The notes under the pieces: model-generated | Databases searched by the model: none | What the model was told of the DNA's origin: nothing | Seen by the model: the letters and a program-made list of their open reading frames with translations, nothing else | Made by a program: the position numbers and the translations under genes | Shown: positions 26,024-36,113 of the stretch, in pieces | Position numbering within the stretch: position 1 is the first letter of the stretch | Layout of the letters: each line of letters starts with the position of its first letter | DNA from: Alphaproteobacteria bacterium | Lineage (GTDB): Bacteria; Pseudomonadota; Alphaproteobacteria; Reyranellales; JAQSWP01 | Assembly: GCA_029266575.1 (NCBI GenBank) | Contig: JAQSWP010000005.1 | Coordinates: 343 to 64,342, forward strand | DNA: 64,000 bases | Direction of reading: 5' to 3'

Positions 26024-26860
26024 CTATCGCTGCGTCTTCTTCCAGCGCAGCAGATATTTCTCCAGCGCCACGATCATGCCGTTGAGGAACGTGGAGATGA
26101 TGACCAGCAGCACCAGAGCCGCGAAGGCTCCCGCCGTGTCGAACTGTCCGGTCGAATTGGTCAGCAGGAAGCCGATGCCGCGGTTGGACGCCATCATTTC
26201 GCCCACCACCGCTCCGATCAGCGCATAGGGCACCGACACGCGCAGGCCGACGAAGATCACCGTCATTGCCGATGGCAGCACCACGCGCCACAGCACCTGC
26301 AGAGTTCCCGCCCCCATCAGGCGGACGATGTCGACCAGCTCGCGGCTGACGTCGCGCACGCCGGCGTAGGTGTTGTAGAACACCAGGAAGAACACGATGG
26401 TCGCGGTCAGGATGATCTTGGTCTCGATGCCGATGCCGAACCACAGGATGAAGAGCGGCGCCAGCGCCACCTTGGGCAGGCTGTAGATGGCGATGATGAA
26501 CGGGTCGAGCAGGTCGGCCACTTTCTCGAACCAGCCGAAGATGAAGCCGACGATGCCGCCCACCGCGGTGCCGATGACGAAGCCCAGGAAGGCTTCGAGA
26601 ATGGTGATCGGCACATGTTGCACCAGCTGGCCGCCCACCGCCCATTCGTACAGGCGCTGGAAGATCATCGACGGCTGGCTGGTGAAGAAGGAATCGATCA
26701 GCTTGTAGCGCACGCCGGCTTCCCACAGCGCCAGCAGCACGGCGAACAGCGCCAGCCGGATGGCGATCAGCCTGATGCGGACGGCAACCGGATTGATCTT
26801 GTGCTCGAGCAGCACATCGTCCTTCTTGACGGTGCTCAGCGGGATGGAGCGGTCGGACAT
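26024..26860 (-). CDS. ABC transporter permease, NitT/TauT (SsuC/TauC-like) family
   Basis: 278 aa membrane protein with SLPKVALAPLFILWFGIGIETK, typical of this permease family. Confidence 0.85.
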   Translation of the reverse strand: MSDRSIPLSTVKKDDVLLEHKINPVAVRIRLIAIRLALFAVLLALWEAGVRYKLIDSFFTSQPSMIFQRLYEWAVGGQLVQHVPITILEAFLGFVIGTAVGGIVGFIFGWFEKVADLLDPFIIAIYSLPKVALAPLFILWFGIGIETKIILTATIVFFLVFYNTYAGVRDVSRELVDIVRLMGAGTLQVLWRVVLPSAMTVIFVGLRVSVPYALIGAVVGEMMASNRGIGFLLTNSTGQFDTAGAFAALVLLVIISTFLNGMIVALEKYLLRWKKTQR

Positions 26861-26870
26861 GCTTGGTCTC

Positions 26871-27644
26871 CTAGGCCGCTTCGCTCTTGCGGATGTCGTC
26901 GCGCAGCAATTCCCAGACGCGATGGTAGATCTCGATGAATTCCGGGGTGGTCTGCAGCAGGAAGGGATCGCGCGGGCGCGGCAGGTCGATGTCGATGATG
27001 GCCTTCACCGTTCCCGGCCGCGCCGACAGCACCACCACCTGGTCCGACAGGGTGATGGCCTCGGTCAGATCGTGGGTGATGAAGAGAATGGTCTTCTTCT
27101 CCAGCTCCCAGACGCGCAACAGCTCCTCGTGCATCATGCCCTTGACGTGCGCGTCGAGCGCGCTGAACGGCTCGTCCATCATTACCAGTTCCGGCGAATA
27201 GATCAGCGTGCGCGCCAGCGACGCACGCTTGCGCATGCCGCCCGACAGCTCCATCGGGTAGTGCTTGGCGAAATCCGTCAGCCCCATCAGATTGAGGTAG
27301 TAGTCCGCCAGCTCTTTCTGCTTTTGCCGCGGCATGCGGCGGATGCGCAGCGCGATGACGATGTTGTCGTACACCGTCGACCATTCCAGCAAGTTGTCGC
27401 GCTGGGTGATGTAGCCCAGCTGGGTATTGATGTCGGTGACTTGCTTGCCCTTGTAGAGCACCTCGCCCGCGGTCGGCATGCTGAGGCCGGCCGACAGGTT
27501 CAAAAGCGTGGACTTGCCGCAGCCGCTGGGCCCGACGACGGAGACGAACCGGCCCTCGTCGATCTTGAAGCTGACATTGCGCAGCGCCACGACTTCGGCG
27601 TCGCGCTTGTAGAATTTCTTGGTGACGCCCCGGTATTCGAGCAT
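26871..27644 (-). CDS. ABC transporter ATP-binding protein, NitT/TauT family
   Basis: Start at ATG 27644 (MLEYRGVTKKFY). Has Walker A GPSGCGKST, the signature LSGGMRKR and Walker B MMDEP. The upstream 193 codons of the ORF are spurious. Confidence 0.9.
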   Translation of the reverse strand: MLEYRGVTKKFYKRDAEVVALRNVSFKIDEGRFVSVVGPSGCGKSTLLNLSAGLSMPTAGEVLYKGKQVTDINTQLGYITQRDNLLEWSTVYDNIVIALRIRRMPRQKQKELADYYLNLMGLTDFAKHYPMELSGGMRKRASLARTLIYSPELVMMDEPFSALDAHVKGMMHEELLRVWELEKKTILFITHDLTEAITLSDQVVVLSARPGTVKAIIDIDLPRPRDPFLLQTTPEFIEIYHRVWELLRDDIRKSEAA

Positions 27645-27664
27645 TTGAGCCCTCCCTGTCGGCG

Positions 27665-28834
27665 CTATTGCTGCTCCGTCGAATCGAAATTCATGCCCAG
27701 CGCCGACTTGCCGATCGACTGCGCCGTATTGTGCAGATTGGCATGCGTCGAATGCACGTGGATGTCGCGCATCATGCGGTTGAGCGGGAACGTCTCCAGC
27801 AAAGCCGTCGAGCCAACGATGCGGATGGTCTCGTTGATCATCCATTCGGCGGTCGAAATCGAATAGAGCTTGGCCATCAGCGAATATTCTTCCGCTTCCT
27901 TGATGCGCTTGGCCTGCCACAAGGCGGCGGCGTGATAGACCATGTTGCGCGCGGCGGCGACCCGCATCTTCATCTCGCCGATGGCGCGCTGGCTGTGCGG
28001 ATTGCCCGCCGTGCCGCGCTTGGGCAGATAGTCGATGGCGAAATCGAGCAGGCCTTGCGCGGCGCCGAGGTGGCTGGCGGAAAAGCCCAGATGCCAGCGC
28101 GCGCCGAGCTTGCTCTTGGGATAGAAGCCCGGTCCCTGCAGGATATCCTCGTGCGGCACGAACAGATCCTGCAGAATCAGCTTGGGGCTGACGCAGGCGC
28201 GCATGCCGGTCGGCCGCCACCATTCGGCGTCGACGGTAAAGCCCTTGGCGTCCTTCGGAATCAGCACCATCAGGAAGCCTTCGGCCGGCGCCATGTCAGG
28301 CAGGCTGACGGTAACGACGTTCCACGCGCCTTCGGAGGCATTGGTGCCGTATTGCTTGATGCCGTTGAGCACGAAGCCGTTGTTGCGCGGCGTCGCTTCG
28401 GAAACCATGTTGTACTGGCCGCGCGCGGTGCGGCCGGGCTCGCCGCCGGTCCAGGACAGGATGCCGCCATGGTCGAACAGCGGCGCGAACCAGCGGTCCT
28501 GCTGCTCCTTGCTGGCATGCGCGCTCAGCAGCTGGCTGGTATGGGCATGCACCTGGAAGCAGTGCGCCGCCGACATGTCGGCGCGCGCCAGCTCTTCCAC
28601 CACCAGCAGGAAACCCAGCGGCTCCTCGAGGTTGACCATGCCGGTCTCGTCGCCGCCCAGCCGCTTAGGCGCGGAGATGGTCAGCAGCCCGATATCCTTC
28701 AGCGCCGACAGCGTCTCCACCGGCATGGAATAGTCGCGATCGTGCTGCGCAGCGTGCTTGGCGGTGACGCCGGTGGCGACTTCGCGCGCCTTGCCTTTGA
28801 TGGCGTCGAGCCGCGGTCCGAGATCGATCTGCAT
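27665..28834 (-). CDS. ACAD-fold protein lacking the canonical catalytic Glu (paralogue of 21828-22997)
   Basis: Start at ATG 28834 (MQIDLGPRLDAIKGK) after GGGAG. 389 aa with KQYGTNA and the C-terminal IHVHSTHANLHNTAQSIG. Confidence 0.8.
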   Translation of the reverse strand: MQIDLGPRLDAIKGKAREVATGVTAKHAAQHDRDYSMPVETLSALKDIGLLTISAPKRLGGDETGMVNLEEPLGFLLVVEELARADMSAAHCFQVHAHTSQLLSAHASKEQQDRWFAPLFDHGGILSWTGGEPGRTARGQYNMVSEATPRNNGFVLNGIKQYGTNASEGAWNVVTVSLPDMAPAEGFLMVLIPKDAKGFTVDAEWWRPTGMRACVSPKLILQDLFVPHEDILQGPGFYPKSKLGARWHLGFSASHLGAAQGLLDFAIDYLPKRGTAGNPHSQRAIGEMKMRVAAARNMVYHAAALWQAKRIKEAEEYSLMAKLYSISTAEWMINETIRIVGSTALLETFPLNRMMRDIHVHSTHANLHNTAQSIGKSALGMNFDSTEQQ

Positions 28835-28847
28835 ATCGCCTACTCCC

Positions 28848-30476
28848 TTAAGCCGATTGCGCCAGGCCGCTCTCGGCCAGGCGTTGCAGCGCCATATCGC
28901 GCAATTTGAATTTCTGGATTTTTTCGGTGCCGCCGGTGACCGGGAAGGCATCGACGATGAAGACATGCGCCGGCAGCTTGAACGAGGCCAGACGCGGCGC
29001 CAGGAAAGCGCTCACCGAGTCCGGATCGAGCTTCGCGTTGGGCTTGGGGATGACGAAGGCAACGCCGATCTCGCCATGACGCCGGTCGGGCACGCCGACC
29101 ACGGCGATCTGCGCGATATCGGGATGGTCGGCCGCGACGCGCTCCACTTCCGGCGTCGAGACGTTGAAGCCCTTGTGCTTGTAGCCGTCCTTGACCCGCC
29201 GCAGGAATTTCACCGACCCGTCGACATTGAGGATGCCCAGATCGCCCGAACGCAGCCAGCCGTCGTCGGTAATGCTCTTCCGTGTCTCTTCCGGCTTGTT
29301 GTAGTAGCCGGGCATGATCGAATAGCCGCCGATCCAGATCTCGCCTTCGGCGCCGCGCGGCAGATCCTGGCCGGTGTCGGGATCGACGACCCGGATGGGA
29401 CAATCGGGCAGCGGCTGGCCTTGCGAGGCGAAGCGGGTCTCCAGCGGATCGTCCCAACGGCAGCGCGTCACCAGCCCGGTCGACTCCGTCAACCCATAAC
29501 CCGTCACCACGCCCGCCACGCCAAGTTCCCCGGCGGCACGGCGCAGGATGACGGGATCGGAGCTCAACACCACGCCGGTGCGCAGCTTCAGCTTGGCTTG
29601 CGGGAATTGCGGATGGGCGATCAGCGCGTCGATCATCGCCGGCAGCAGATGGATCGCCGTGCAGCGTTCCTCTTGCAGCGCCTTCATGCAGGCATCGACG
29701 TCGAAGCGCTCGTCGAGCACGATGCGCGCGCCATGGCTCCAGAACGACAGCACGCCATTGAGCGAGCCCAGCACGCCAAACAGCGGCACGCAGAGATAAA
29801 GGCAATCAGCCGGCGTCAGCCCGATCAGCGCGCCGCCGTCATAGGCCTTGCGCCAGATGCACGACGTCAGCATGGCGCCCTTGGGCAGCGCCGTGGTGCC
29901 CGACGAATAGCAGATCAGCGCCGGCGCATCGGCGTCGGCGGCCGGCGGCGGCACCGGCAGAGCCGCCTGCATCGACCAGTCGAGCACGCCCGGCAATTGC
30001 TTCGGCGGCTTGTCGCAACAGACCACAGCCTGCAGCTTGGGAAACGTCGCGCTGTTCAAGCGGCCGACGGAACGGGTTGCCAGTTCCGGACAGGCTTCGA
30101 CCAGCTCGCCGAGGAAATCGCGGAACGCCGGGCGGCCGGGCACGACCACCACAGCGGCATCCGACTGGGCGATCTGGTAGATGAATTCGTCGCGCCGCAG
30201 GCGGGTGTTGAGGAACACCGCCACCAGCCCCGACTTGGCGGCGCCGAACCAGTACCACATGAATTCCGGCCGGTTCGGCATCCACAGCGCCACCTTGTCG
30301 CCGGGTTTCAGCCCCAGCGCCTTCAGCCGCGCCGCCGCCCGGTCAGATTCGCGCCTGATGTCGGCGAAGCTGTAGCGCCTGCCCTCGAACAGCAGCGCCT
30401 CGCGCGCGCCGAAGCGTTCGGCCAGATGGTCGATCGCCTCGACGTAGGTCTTGCCGGTATACGGATTGACCGCCAT
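28848..30476 (-). CDS. AMP-forming acyl-CoA ligase, family member 4
   Basis: Start at ATG 30476 (MAVNPYTGKTYVEAI). Has YSSGTTALPKGAMLTS and GYGLTE, and shares WMPNRPEFMWYWFGAA..LNTRL with the tandem ligases. Confidence 0.9.
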   Translation of the reverse strand: MAVNPYTGKTYVEAIDHLAERFGAREALLFEGRRYSFADIRRESDRAAARLKALGLKPGDKVALWMPNRPEFMWYWFGAAKSGLVAVFLNTRLRRDEFIYQIAQSDAAVVVVPGRPAFRDFLGELVEACPELATRSVGRLNSATFPKLQAVVCCDKPPKQLPGVLDWSMQAALPVPPPAADADAPALICYSSGTTALPKGAMLTSCIWRKAYDGGALIGLTPADCLYLCVPLFGVLGSLNGVLSFWSHGARIVLDERFDVDACMKALQEERCTAIHLLPAMIDALIAHPQFPQAKLKLRTGVVLSSDPVILRRAAGELGVAGVVTGYGLTESTGLVTRCRWDDPLETRFASQGQPLPDCPIRVVDPDTGQDLPRGAEGEIWIGGYSIMPGYYNKPEETRKSITDDGWLRSGDLGILNVDGSVKFLRRVKDGYKHKGFNVSTPEVERVAADHPDIAQIAVVGVPDRRHGEIGVAFVIPKPNAKLDPDSVSAFLAPRLASFKLPAHVFIVDAFPVTGGTEKIQKFKLRDMALQRLAESGLAQSA

Positions 30477-30492
30477 ATCCCAGCGTAGCGCG

Positions 30493-31527
30493 CTATTTCT
30501 TGCCGGCAAGCGCATCGCGGACGAACTGGTTGGAGACCGATGCTTCGAAGTCGAACTCGCCCTTGGCGTAGGCCGTGCCGCCGAACGCCAGCAGCTCGCG
30601 GTATTTCTTCAGGCCTTCGATCGGCGTTTCCGCGCCAGCCGGCGAGGCGGATTTCATCGCCTTGATGCCAAGCTCGTAGAGTTCGGAATCCATCGCCGCC
30701 AGGTGTTTGCGGGCGGCCTTGCCGGCGGCCAGGATGTCGGCCTGAATCAGCTTGTCGGCGGCATCGATGGCGCGGGCGAAGGCAGCCAGTTGCTTGCTTT
30801 TCTCCGTCAGCGCTTTTTCCGTCACCGCCATGGCGGTGAACACCATGCCGCGCGTCTCGGGGACTTCGCCGCCGATCATGTCGAGCAGGATGGCGCCATA
30901 GCCGTCCGCCACCGCCTTCTCCGGCACCGGCGGTGAGAAGGCGCTGGCGTCGATCGAGCCGCGGCGCATGGCGGCCAGCGTGTTGGCCGAATCGCCGATC
31001 GGCACGATTTCGGCGGCCTTGTCGACATCGACGCCGCCGACATATTTGGCGAACAGGAAGCGCATCATGGTGTGCTGGCCGCCATTGAAGGAGATGACGC
31101 CGATCTTCTTGCCCTTCAGCAGCGCCATCTTCTGCTCGACGGTGGACTTATCGGTGAGGCCGGCCTGCTGCATCAACTCCTTGCGCACGAAGATGGTCGA
31201 GGTGTACTCGGTGTTCATCGGCACCAGGAACTTGACCGGCTGGTTGGCGGCGCGCGCGGCGAACACCGCATTGCCGCCGACGCCGGCGACATCGGCATCG
31301 CCATTGAGGATGGCGGTCACGACGACCGTGCCGTCCTTGACGTTGACGATCTCGACCTCGAGATTTTCCTTGGCGAACAGTCCGGCGCCATCGGCGACGT
31401 ACAGCGGCAGCCAGGCGAAGGAAGTGCTGCTCAGCACCACTTTCAGCTTGTCGGCGGCTTGCGCGACACCGGATGCCAGCAAAGCGATGGCGATTGCAGC
31501 GCCCGCCATGATTTTCCTATTGCCCAT
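30493..31527 (-). CDS. ABC substrate-binding protein, NMT1/SsuA/TauA-like
   Basis: 344 aa with a signal peptide (MGNRKIMAGAAIAIALLASGVAQA). GGAGGG lies upstream. Confidence 0.85.
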   Translation of the reverse strand: MGNRKIMAGAAIAIALLASGVAQAADKLKVVLSSTSFAWLPLYVADGAGLFAKENLEVEIVNVKDGTVVVTAILNGDADVAGVGGNAVFAARAANQPVKFLVPMNTEYTSTIFVRKELMQQAGLTDKSTVEQKMALLKGKKIGVISFNGGQHTMMRFLFAKYVGGVDVDKAAEIVPIGDSANTLAAMRRGSIDASAFSPPVPEKAVADGYGAILLDMIGGEVPETRGMVFTAMAVTEKALTEKSKQLAAFARAIDAADKLIQADILAAGKAARKHLAAMDSELYELGIKAMKSASPAGAETPIEGLKKYRELLAFGGTAYAKGEFDFEASVSNQFVRDALAGKK

Positions 31528-31580
31528 GGATTCCCTCCGCGTGATGGCCGCTGTTTGCCGCGGCCCGTTCGCCGTTCGAG

Positions 31581-32618
31581 TTATTGCTTTTTCGCCAGTG
31601 CCTGTTCGACGAAGTCGTTGACCGTGATCTTGCTGACATCGAGCGTGTCGAACTTGTAGCCGGCACTGATCAGCAGGTCCTTGAAGGTCTGCAGGCCTTT
31701 GACCGAAGTGGTGGCGGTTTTGGGCAGCGCCGGCGCCATCGCCTTGACGCCGCGCGAATAGAGTTCCGATTCCATGGCGCCCATCATCACCTTGGCGGCC
31801 TTGCCGGCGGCGACCAGGTCCTTGTCCGCAAGCTTGTTGGCCTTCTCGATGGCGCGCAGGAAAGCGGCCACCATCGGACCGTCTTTCTTCAGCTTCTCCT
31901 CGCTCACCACCAGCACGACATAGATCGAGCCCTTGATGGCGGGCACGTCGCCACCGATGAAATCGATCAGGACTTCGCCGATATCGTCGGCTTCCGCTTT
32001 TTCCGGCACCGGCGGCGAGAACGCCGAGACGTCGATGATGCCTCGCTTCATGCCGGCCAGCGTGGGAGCGCTGTCGCCGATCGGCACCACTTCCGACAGC
32101 TTGTCGACATCGGCGCCGTCGAGATATTGCTTGAACAGGAAGCGGTACATCAGATGCGGCCCGGCGCCGATCGCGGTCGTGGCCAGCTTCTTGCCGACCA
32201 GGAACTTGACCTTGTCCTTAAGCGGCGAGGCGCGGGTGATGCCGGCTTCCTTCATCAGCCCTTTGCGCACGAAGATGGTCGAGGTGTACTCGGTTACCAT
32301 CGGCGTCAGGATCTTGATCGGCTGGCCTTTGTCGATGGCGTTGAAGGCGGTCTGCACACCCAGCCCGCCCAGATCGACCGAGCCGTTGAGCATGGCGGCG
32401 GCCGGGGTCGAATTGGCCGGCACGTTGACGACCTCGACGTTCAAGCCTTCTTCCTTGAAGAAACCGCCGCCAATGGCGACGTAAAGCGGGAACCAGGCGA
32501 AGCTGGTGCTGCCGATCGCAACCTTGACGTTACGTTCCTGCGCCGGTGCCAGCCCGGCCCACAGAACCGCAACGGCCATTGTTGCCGCCACGAAAAGTGA
32601 CAATTTCCCAGTTTTCAT
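31581..32618 (-). CDS. ABC substrate-binding protein, NMT1/SsuA/TauA-like (paralogue)
   Basis: Start at ATG 32618 (MKTGKLSLFVAATMAVAVLWAGLAPAQE) after AAGGAGGG. Collinear with 30493-31527. Confidence 0.85.
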   Translation of the reverse strand: MKTGKLSLFVAATMAVAVLWAGLAPAQERNVKVAIGSTSFAWFPLYVAIGGGFFKEEGLNVEVVNVPANSTPAAAMLNGSVDLGGLGVQTAFNAIDKGQPIKILTPMVTEYTSTIFVRKGLMKEAGITRASPLKDKVKFLVGKKLATTAIGAGPHLMYRFLFKQYLDGADVDKLSEVVPIGDSAPTLAGMKRGIIDVSAFSPPVPEKAEADDIGEVLIDFIGGDVPAIKGSIYVVLVVSEEKLKKDGPMVAAFLRAIEKANKLADKDLVAAGKAAKVMMGAMESELYSRGVKAMAPALPKTATTSVKGLQTFKDLLISAGYKFDTLDVSKITVNDFVEQALAKKQ

Positions 32619-32736
32619 GCCCGTTTCCCTCCTTGCTGGCGCATTGTCCCTGCGCCGTTGCAACCGTTCTTCCACACGCAATACTGGCGGTGGGGGCCTA
32701 AGCCCTATGGAATCTTTGGGAAACCTGGGCTAAAAT

Positions 32737-32816
32737 TGTTCCAATGGTTTCCGGTGCAATGATCCTAGAGATCGATACAATACACTGTCAATGTCCTAGT
32801 TGGAGAATGTTCCAAT
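32737..32816. promoter_or_regulatory. Two direct repeats TGTTCCAAT (32737-32745, 32808-32816) flanking a TCGATACAAT site (32772-32781)
   Basis: Read directly in the divergent region between the binding-protein operon and the MocR gene. Confidence 0.35.
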
Positions 32817-32848
32817 TCCCAGGAATGTTATGAGGAACAGGGGCGCAA

Positions 32849-34231
32849 ATGTGGATTCCTGATATCACCAAGCTCGACGGCCCGCGCTATCTGGCCGTGG
32901 CGACCGCCATCGCGAAAGCGATCGATGGCGGCGAGCTGCCGCCGGGGGCGCAATTGCCGCCGCAGCGCGATCTGGCGATCAAGCTTGGCGTCACCGTCGG
33001 CACCATCAGCCGCGCCTACACCGTCGCCAAGAAGCGCAAGCTGGTGAGCGGCGAGGTTGGCCGCGGCACTTTCGTCAGCGGCTCGCGCGACGAGACCAAT
33101 GCGGCCAATGTCATTCCGCAGATGGACAGCCGCACCGTCGATCTCGCCTGCTATGCGACGCCAGTGGCCGATCTTTCCGACATGATTGCCAAAGGTCTGT
33201 CCGATCTGGCCGATCGTTCCGATCTGCTGCCACTGCATCGCTATCCGCCGGCGGCCGGCTTCGTCAGCCATCGCGCCGCGGGCGCAGCCTGGATCGCGCG
33301 CACCGGCATGGAGGTGTCGCCCGACCACATCCTGATCTGCAATGGCGCGCAGCAGGGCCTGTCGCTGGCGCTCAACACCTTGCTCGGGCCGGGCGACCGG
33401 CTGCTGACCGAAACCGTGACCTATTCCGGCGTCAAGGCGCTGGCCTCGATCAACGGCATCGAGCTGCACGGTGTGGCGATGGACGAGCACGGCATGATCC
33501 CCGATGCTTTGGATCGCGCCGCCAGCGACACCGAAGCGCGCGTGGTTTACATGCAGCCGACGGTGCATAACCCGACCACGGCGGTGATGCCGGAAGAGCG
33601 ACGGCGCAAGATCGCCGATCTCATCGCCAAGCACGACCTCACCTTGATCGAGGACGATGCCGCCTGCAGCGCGCTGGCCGAGCGGCCGCTGCCGATTTCG
33701 GCGCTGATCCCCGATCGCAGCTGCTACATCACCGGTGTGTCCAAAGCCCTGAGCCCGGCGCTGCGCGTCGGCTTCGTGGCGGCCGCACCGGAGATCATGT
33801 CGCATCTGCAGAACGTGTTTCACGCCAACGTGCTGGGCGCCTCGCCGTTGATGGCCGAACTGGTGTCGCAGATGATCTCGAGCGGGGCGGCGCAGGATAT
33901 CTGCCGCCGCAACATCGAGGAAAGCGGCCGCCTGAACCGTGTGGCCCAGCGCATCCTGAATGGGCACGACGTGCAGTCGCACCCGGCCTGCTTCTATCTG
34001 TGGCTGAAGCTACCCAGGCAGTGGAGCGCGGAGGAATTCGCCGCCGCCGCCCGCAGCGAAGGCGTCTCCGTCGTGCCGGCCGACAATTTCCTGGCCAATC
34101 GGGAAATGCCGGTGCATGCGGTGCGCGTGTCGCTGAACCCGTCCTTCAATCCGGACGTATTGCTGAAAGGCCTCGACGTGCTGAACCGGCTCCTGGCCGG
34201 TGGCCCGCGCCTGCGCCAGACCGTGATCTAA
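32849..34231 (+). CDS. MocR-type regulator (GntR HTH fused to a PLP aminotransferase-like domain)
   Basis: 460 aa. The N-terminal HTH reads PPQRDLAIKLGVTVGTISRAY, and the class-I aminotransferase-like domain carries GVSKALSPALRVG. Confidence 0.9.
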   Translation: MWIPDITKLDGPRYLAVATAIAKAIDGGELPPGAQLPPQRDLAIKLGVTVGTISRAYTVAKKRKLVSGEVGRGTFVSGSRDETNAANVIPQMDSRTVDLACYATPVADLSDMIAKGLSDLADRSDLLPLHRYPPAAGFVSHRAAGAAWIARTGMEVSPDHILICNGAQQGLSLALNTLLGPGDRLLTETVTYSGVKALASINGIELHGVAMDEHGMIPDALDRAASDTEARVVYMQPTVHNPTTAVMPEERRRKIADLIAKHDLTLIEDDAACSALAERPLPISALIPDRSCYITGVSKALSPALRVGFVAAAPEIMSHLQNVFHANVLGASPLMAELVSQMISSGAAQDICRRNIEESGRLNRVAQRILNGHDVQSHPACFYLWLKLPRQWSAEEFAAAARSEGVSVVPADNFLANREMPVHAVRVSLNPSFNPDVLLKGLDVLNRLLAGGPRLRQTVI

Positions 34232-34251
34232 ACGGGGGACCAATCCCCCGT
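34232..34251. terminator. Hairpin ACGGGGGA-CCAA-TCCCCCGT between convergent genes
   Basis: An 8-bp stem, read directly, with weak T-tracts on both sides. Confidence 0.35.
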
Positions 34252-34252
34252 C

Positions 34253-35170
34253 TCAGACCGGATCCCACCTGAAGACTTCGCCCGAGCGCTGCAAGGGCGT
34301 GAACCAGGAGCGCAGCGCCGGCATGGCGTGATCGGCGATGCTGGAAGCCGTCCAGCCTTCGCTGCGATGGACCGAGCGGATCGGCCGGTTGTGGTTGAAA
34401 ACGAAAATCTCGTTCTGGCGCACGGCGAAGATCTGGCCCGACACCTCCTTCGAGGCGTCGCTGGCCAGATACACCGCCACCGGCGCGATCTTGTCCGGCG
34501 TCATCGCCATGATCTTGGCCCGCCGCGCCTTCTGCTGTTCGGTCTCGACCGGCACGGTGCCGGTCAGCCGGCTCCAGGCCGAGGGCGAGATGCAGTTGGA
34601 GCGGATGCCGAAGCGCTGCATGTCGAGCGCGATGCCCTTGGACAGGCCGACGATGCCGAGCTTGGCCGCGATGTAATTGGCCTGGCCGTTCTGGCCGATC
34701 AGCGCCGAATTCGACGTCATGTGGATGAAGCTGCCGCCATTCTGCTCGCGGAAATGCGGGGCCGCGGCGCGCGCGACGTTGAACGAGCCTTTTAGATGCA
34801 CGCCGACGACCGCATCCCAGTCCGCCTCTTCCATCTTGTGGAAAATGGCGTCGCGCAGGATGCCGGCATTGTTGACCACGCAATCGATGCGGCCGAAATT
34901 GTCGATGGCGGCCTTCACCATGCGGTGCGCGCCGTCCCAGCTCGCCACCGAATCGCCGTTGGACACCGCCTCGCCGCCGGCCTCCTTGATCGCGTTCACC
35001 GCTTCGGCTGCCGGGCTGGCATCGGCGCCTTCGCCGCGATCAGTGGCGCCGAGGTCGTTGATCACGACTTTCGCGCCGCTTTTGGCCATGGCGATGGCGA
35101 TGTCGCGGCCGATGCCGCGGCCGGCGCCGGTGACCAATACGACTTTGCCGTCAAGAAGCTTCTCAGACAC
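34253..35170 (-). CDS. SDR with C-terminal extension (hydroxyacyl-CoA dehydrogenase type)
   Basis: 305 aa. The GTG start follows GGAGGAGG. Has TGAGRGIG, NNAG and YIAAK. Confidence 0.85.
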   Translation of the reverse strand: MSEKLLDGKVVLVTGAGRGIGRDIAIAMAKSGAKVVINDLGATDRGEGADASPAAEAVNAIKEAGGEAVSNGDSVASWDGAHRMVKAAIDNFGRIDCVVNNAGILRDAIFHKMEEADWDAVVGVHLKGSFNVARAAAPHFREQNGGSFIHMTSNSALIGQNGQANYIAAKLGIVGLSKGIALDMQRFGIRSNCISPSAWSRLTGTVPVETEQQKARRAKIMAMTPDKIAPVAVYLASDASKEVSGQIFAVRQNEIFVFNHNRPIRSVHRSEGWTASSIADHAMPALRSWFTPLQRSGEVFRWDPV

Positions 35171-35234
35171 GTAGTCCTCCTCCGCTTGCCGGCGCAGGAC
35201 GCCGGCATACTCAAACGATCGGGTGCGGCGCTGC

Positions 35235-36113
35235 TTAAGCGCGCTTGGTGAATTTGGGATCGAGCTTGTCGCGCAACGTGTCGCCTAAGAGATTGACGGC
35301 GAGCACGGTGAGCATGATGGCCAGCCCCGGGAAGGTCACCGTCCACCACGCCAGTTCGACGTATTGCCTTCCGTCGGCGACCATGATGCCCCAGGTCGGG
35401 GTCGGCGGCGGCACGCCCACGCCCAGGAACGACAAGGTCGATTCCAGCAGGATGGCGGCGGCGACTTCGAGCGTCGCCAGCACGATCATGGTGTTCACCA
35501 GATTGGGGAAGATGTGCAGGCGCAGGATGCGCAGCGGGCTGCAGCCGATGGCGTAGGCCGCCTGCACGTAGTCGCGCTCGCGGATCGACAGCGCCTCGCC
35601 GCGCGCCATGCGCGCGAATTGCGCCCAGTAGAGCAGCGAGATGATGAGGATGACGTTGATCAGGCTGGGCCCCACGGTCGCCGCCACCGCCAGGGCGATC
35701 AGCACGCCGGGCAAGGTCAGCGACAGGTCGGTCAGGCGCATGATGACGTCGTCGACCTTGCCGCCGACCATGGCGGAGATGATGCCCAGCAGCACGCCGA
35801 TGAACATGGCGACCACGACCGACACCACGCCGACCAAGAGCGAAATGCGCCCGCCATAGAGCATGCGGCTCAGCACGTCGCGGCCGAGCTGGTCGGTGCC
35901 CATGAGATGCTCCCAGCTCGGGCCGCTGATCATGTTGGCGAGATCCTGCCGGTTGGGATCGTAAGGCGCCACGAAATCGGCGAACACCGCCGCGAAGGTA
36001 ACCAGCAGCAGGAACAGGAACGGCACCGAGCGCAGCAGGAAGGACAGGCCAGAAAGGCGCTGGCGCAGCGAGCGGCGCGGCGGGGCGACGGCGATGGGGG
36101 CTTGGATGGTCAT
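35235..36113 (-). CDS. ABC permease, DppC/OppC-like
   Basis: Start at ATG 36113 (MTIQAPIAVAPPRRSL), overlapping the upstream stop (ATGA). 292 aa. Confidence 0.9.
   Translation of the reverse strand: MTIQAPIAVAPPRRSLRQRLSGLSFLLRSVPFLFLLLVTFAAVFADFVAPYDPNRQDLANMISGPSWEHLMGTDQLGRDVLSRMLYGGRISLLVGVVSVVVAMFIGVLLGIISAMVGGKVDDVIMRLTDLSLTLPGVLIALAVAATVGPSLINVILIISLLYWAQFARMARGEALSIRERDYVQAAYAIGCSPLRILRLHIFPNLVNTMIVLATLEVAAAILLESTLSFLGVGVPPPTPTWGIMVADGRQYVELAWWTVTFPGLAIMLTVLAVNLLGDTLRDKLDPKFTKRA

Noticed and set aside
31528-31580. Hairpin GGCCGC..GCGGCC between the two NMT1-type SBP genes as a terminator
   Set aside because: The stem is short (6 bp) and has no T-tract on the transcribed strand. At most it is an mRNA stability element.
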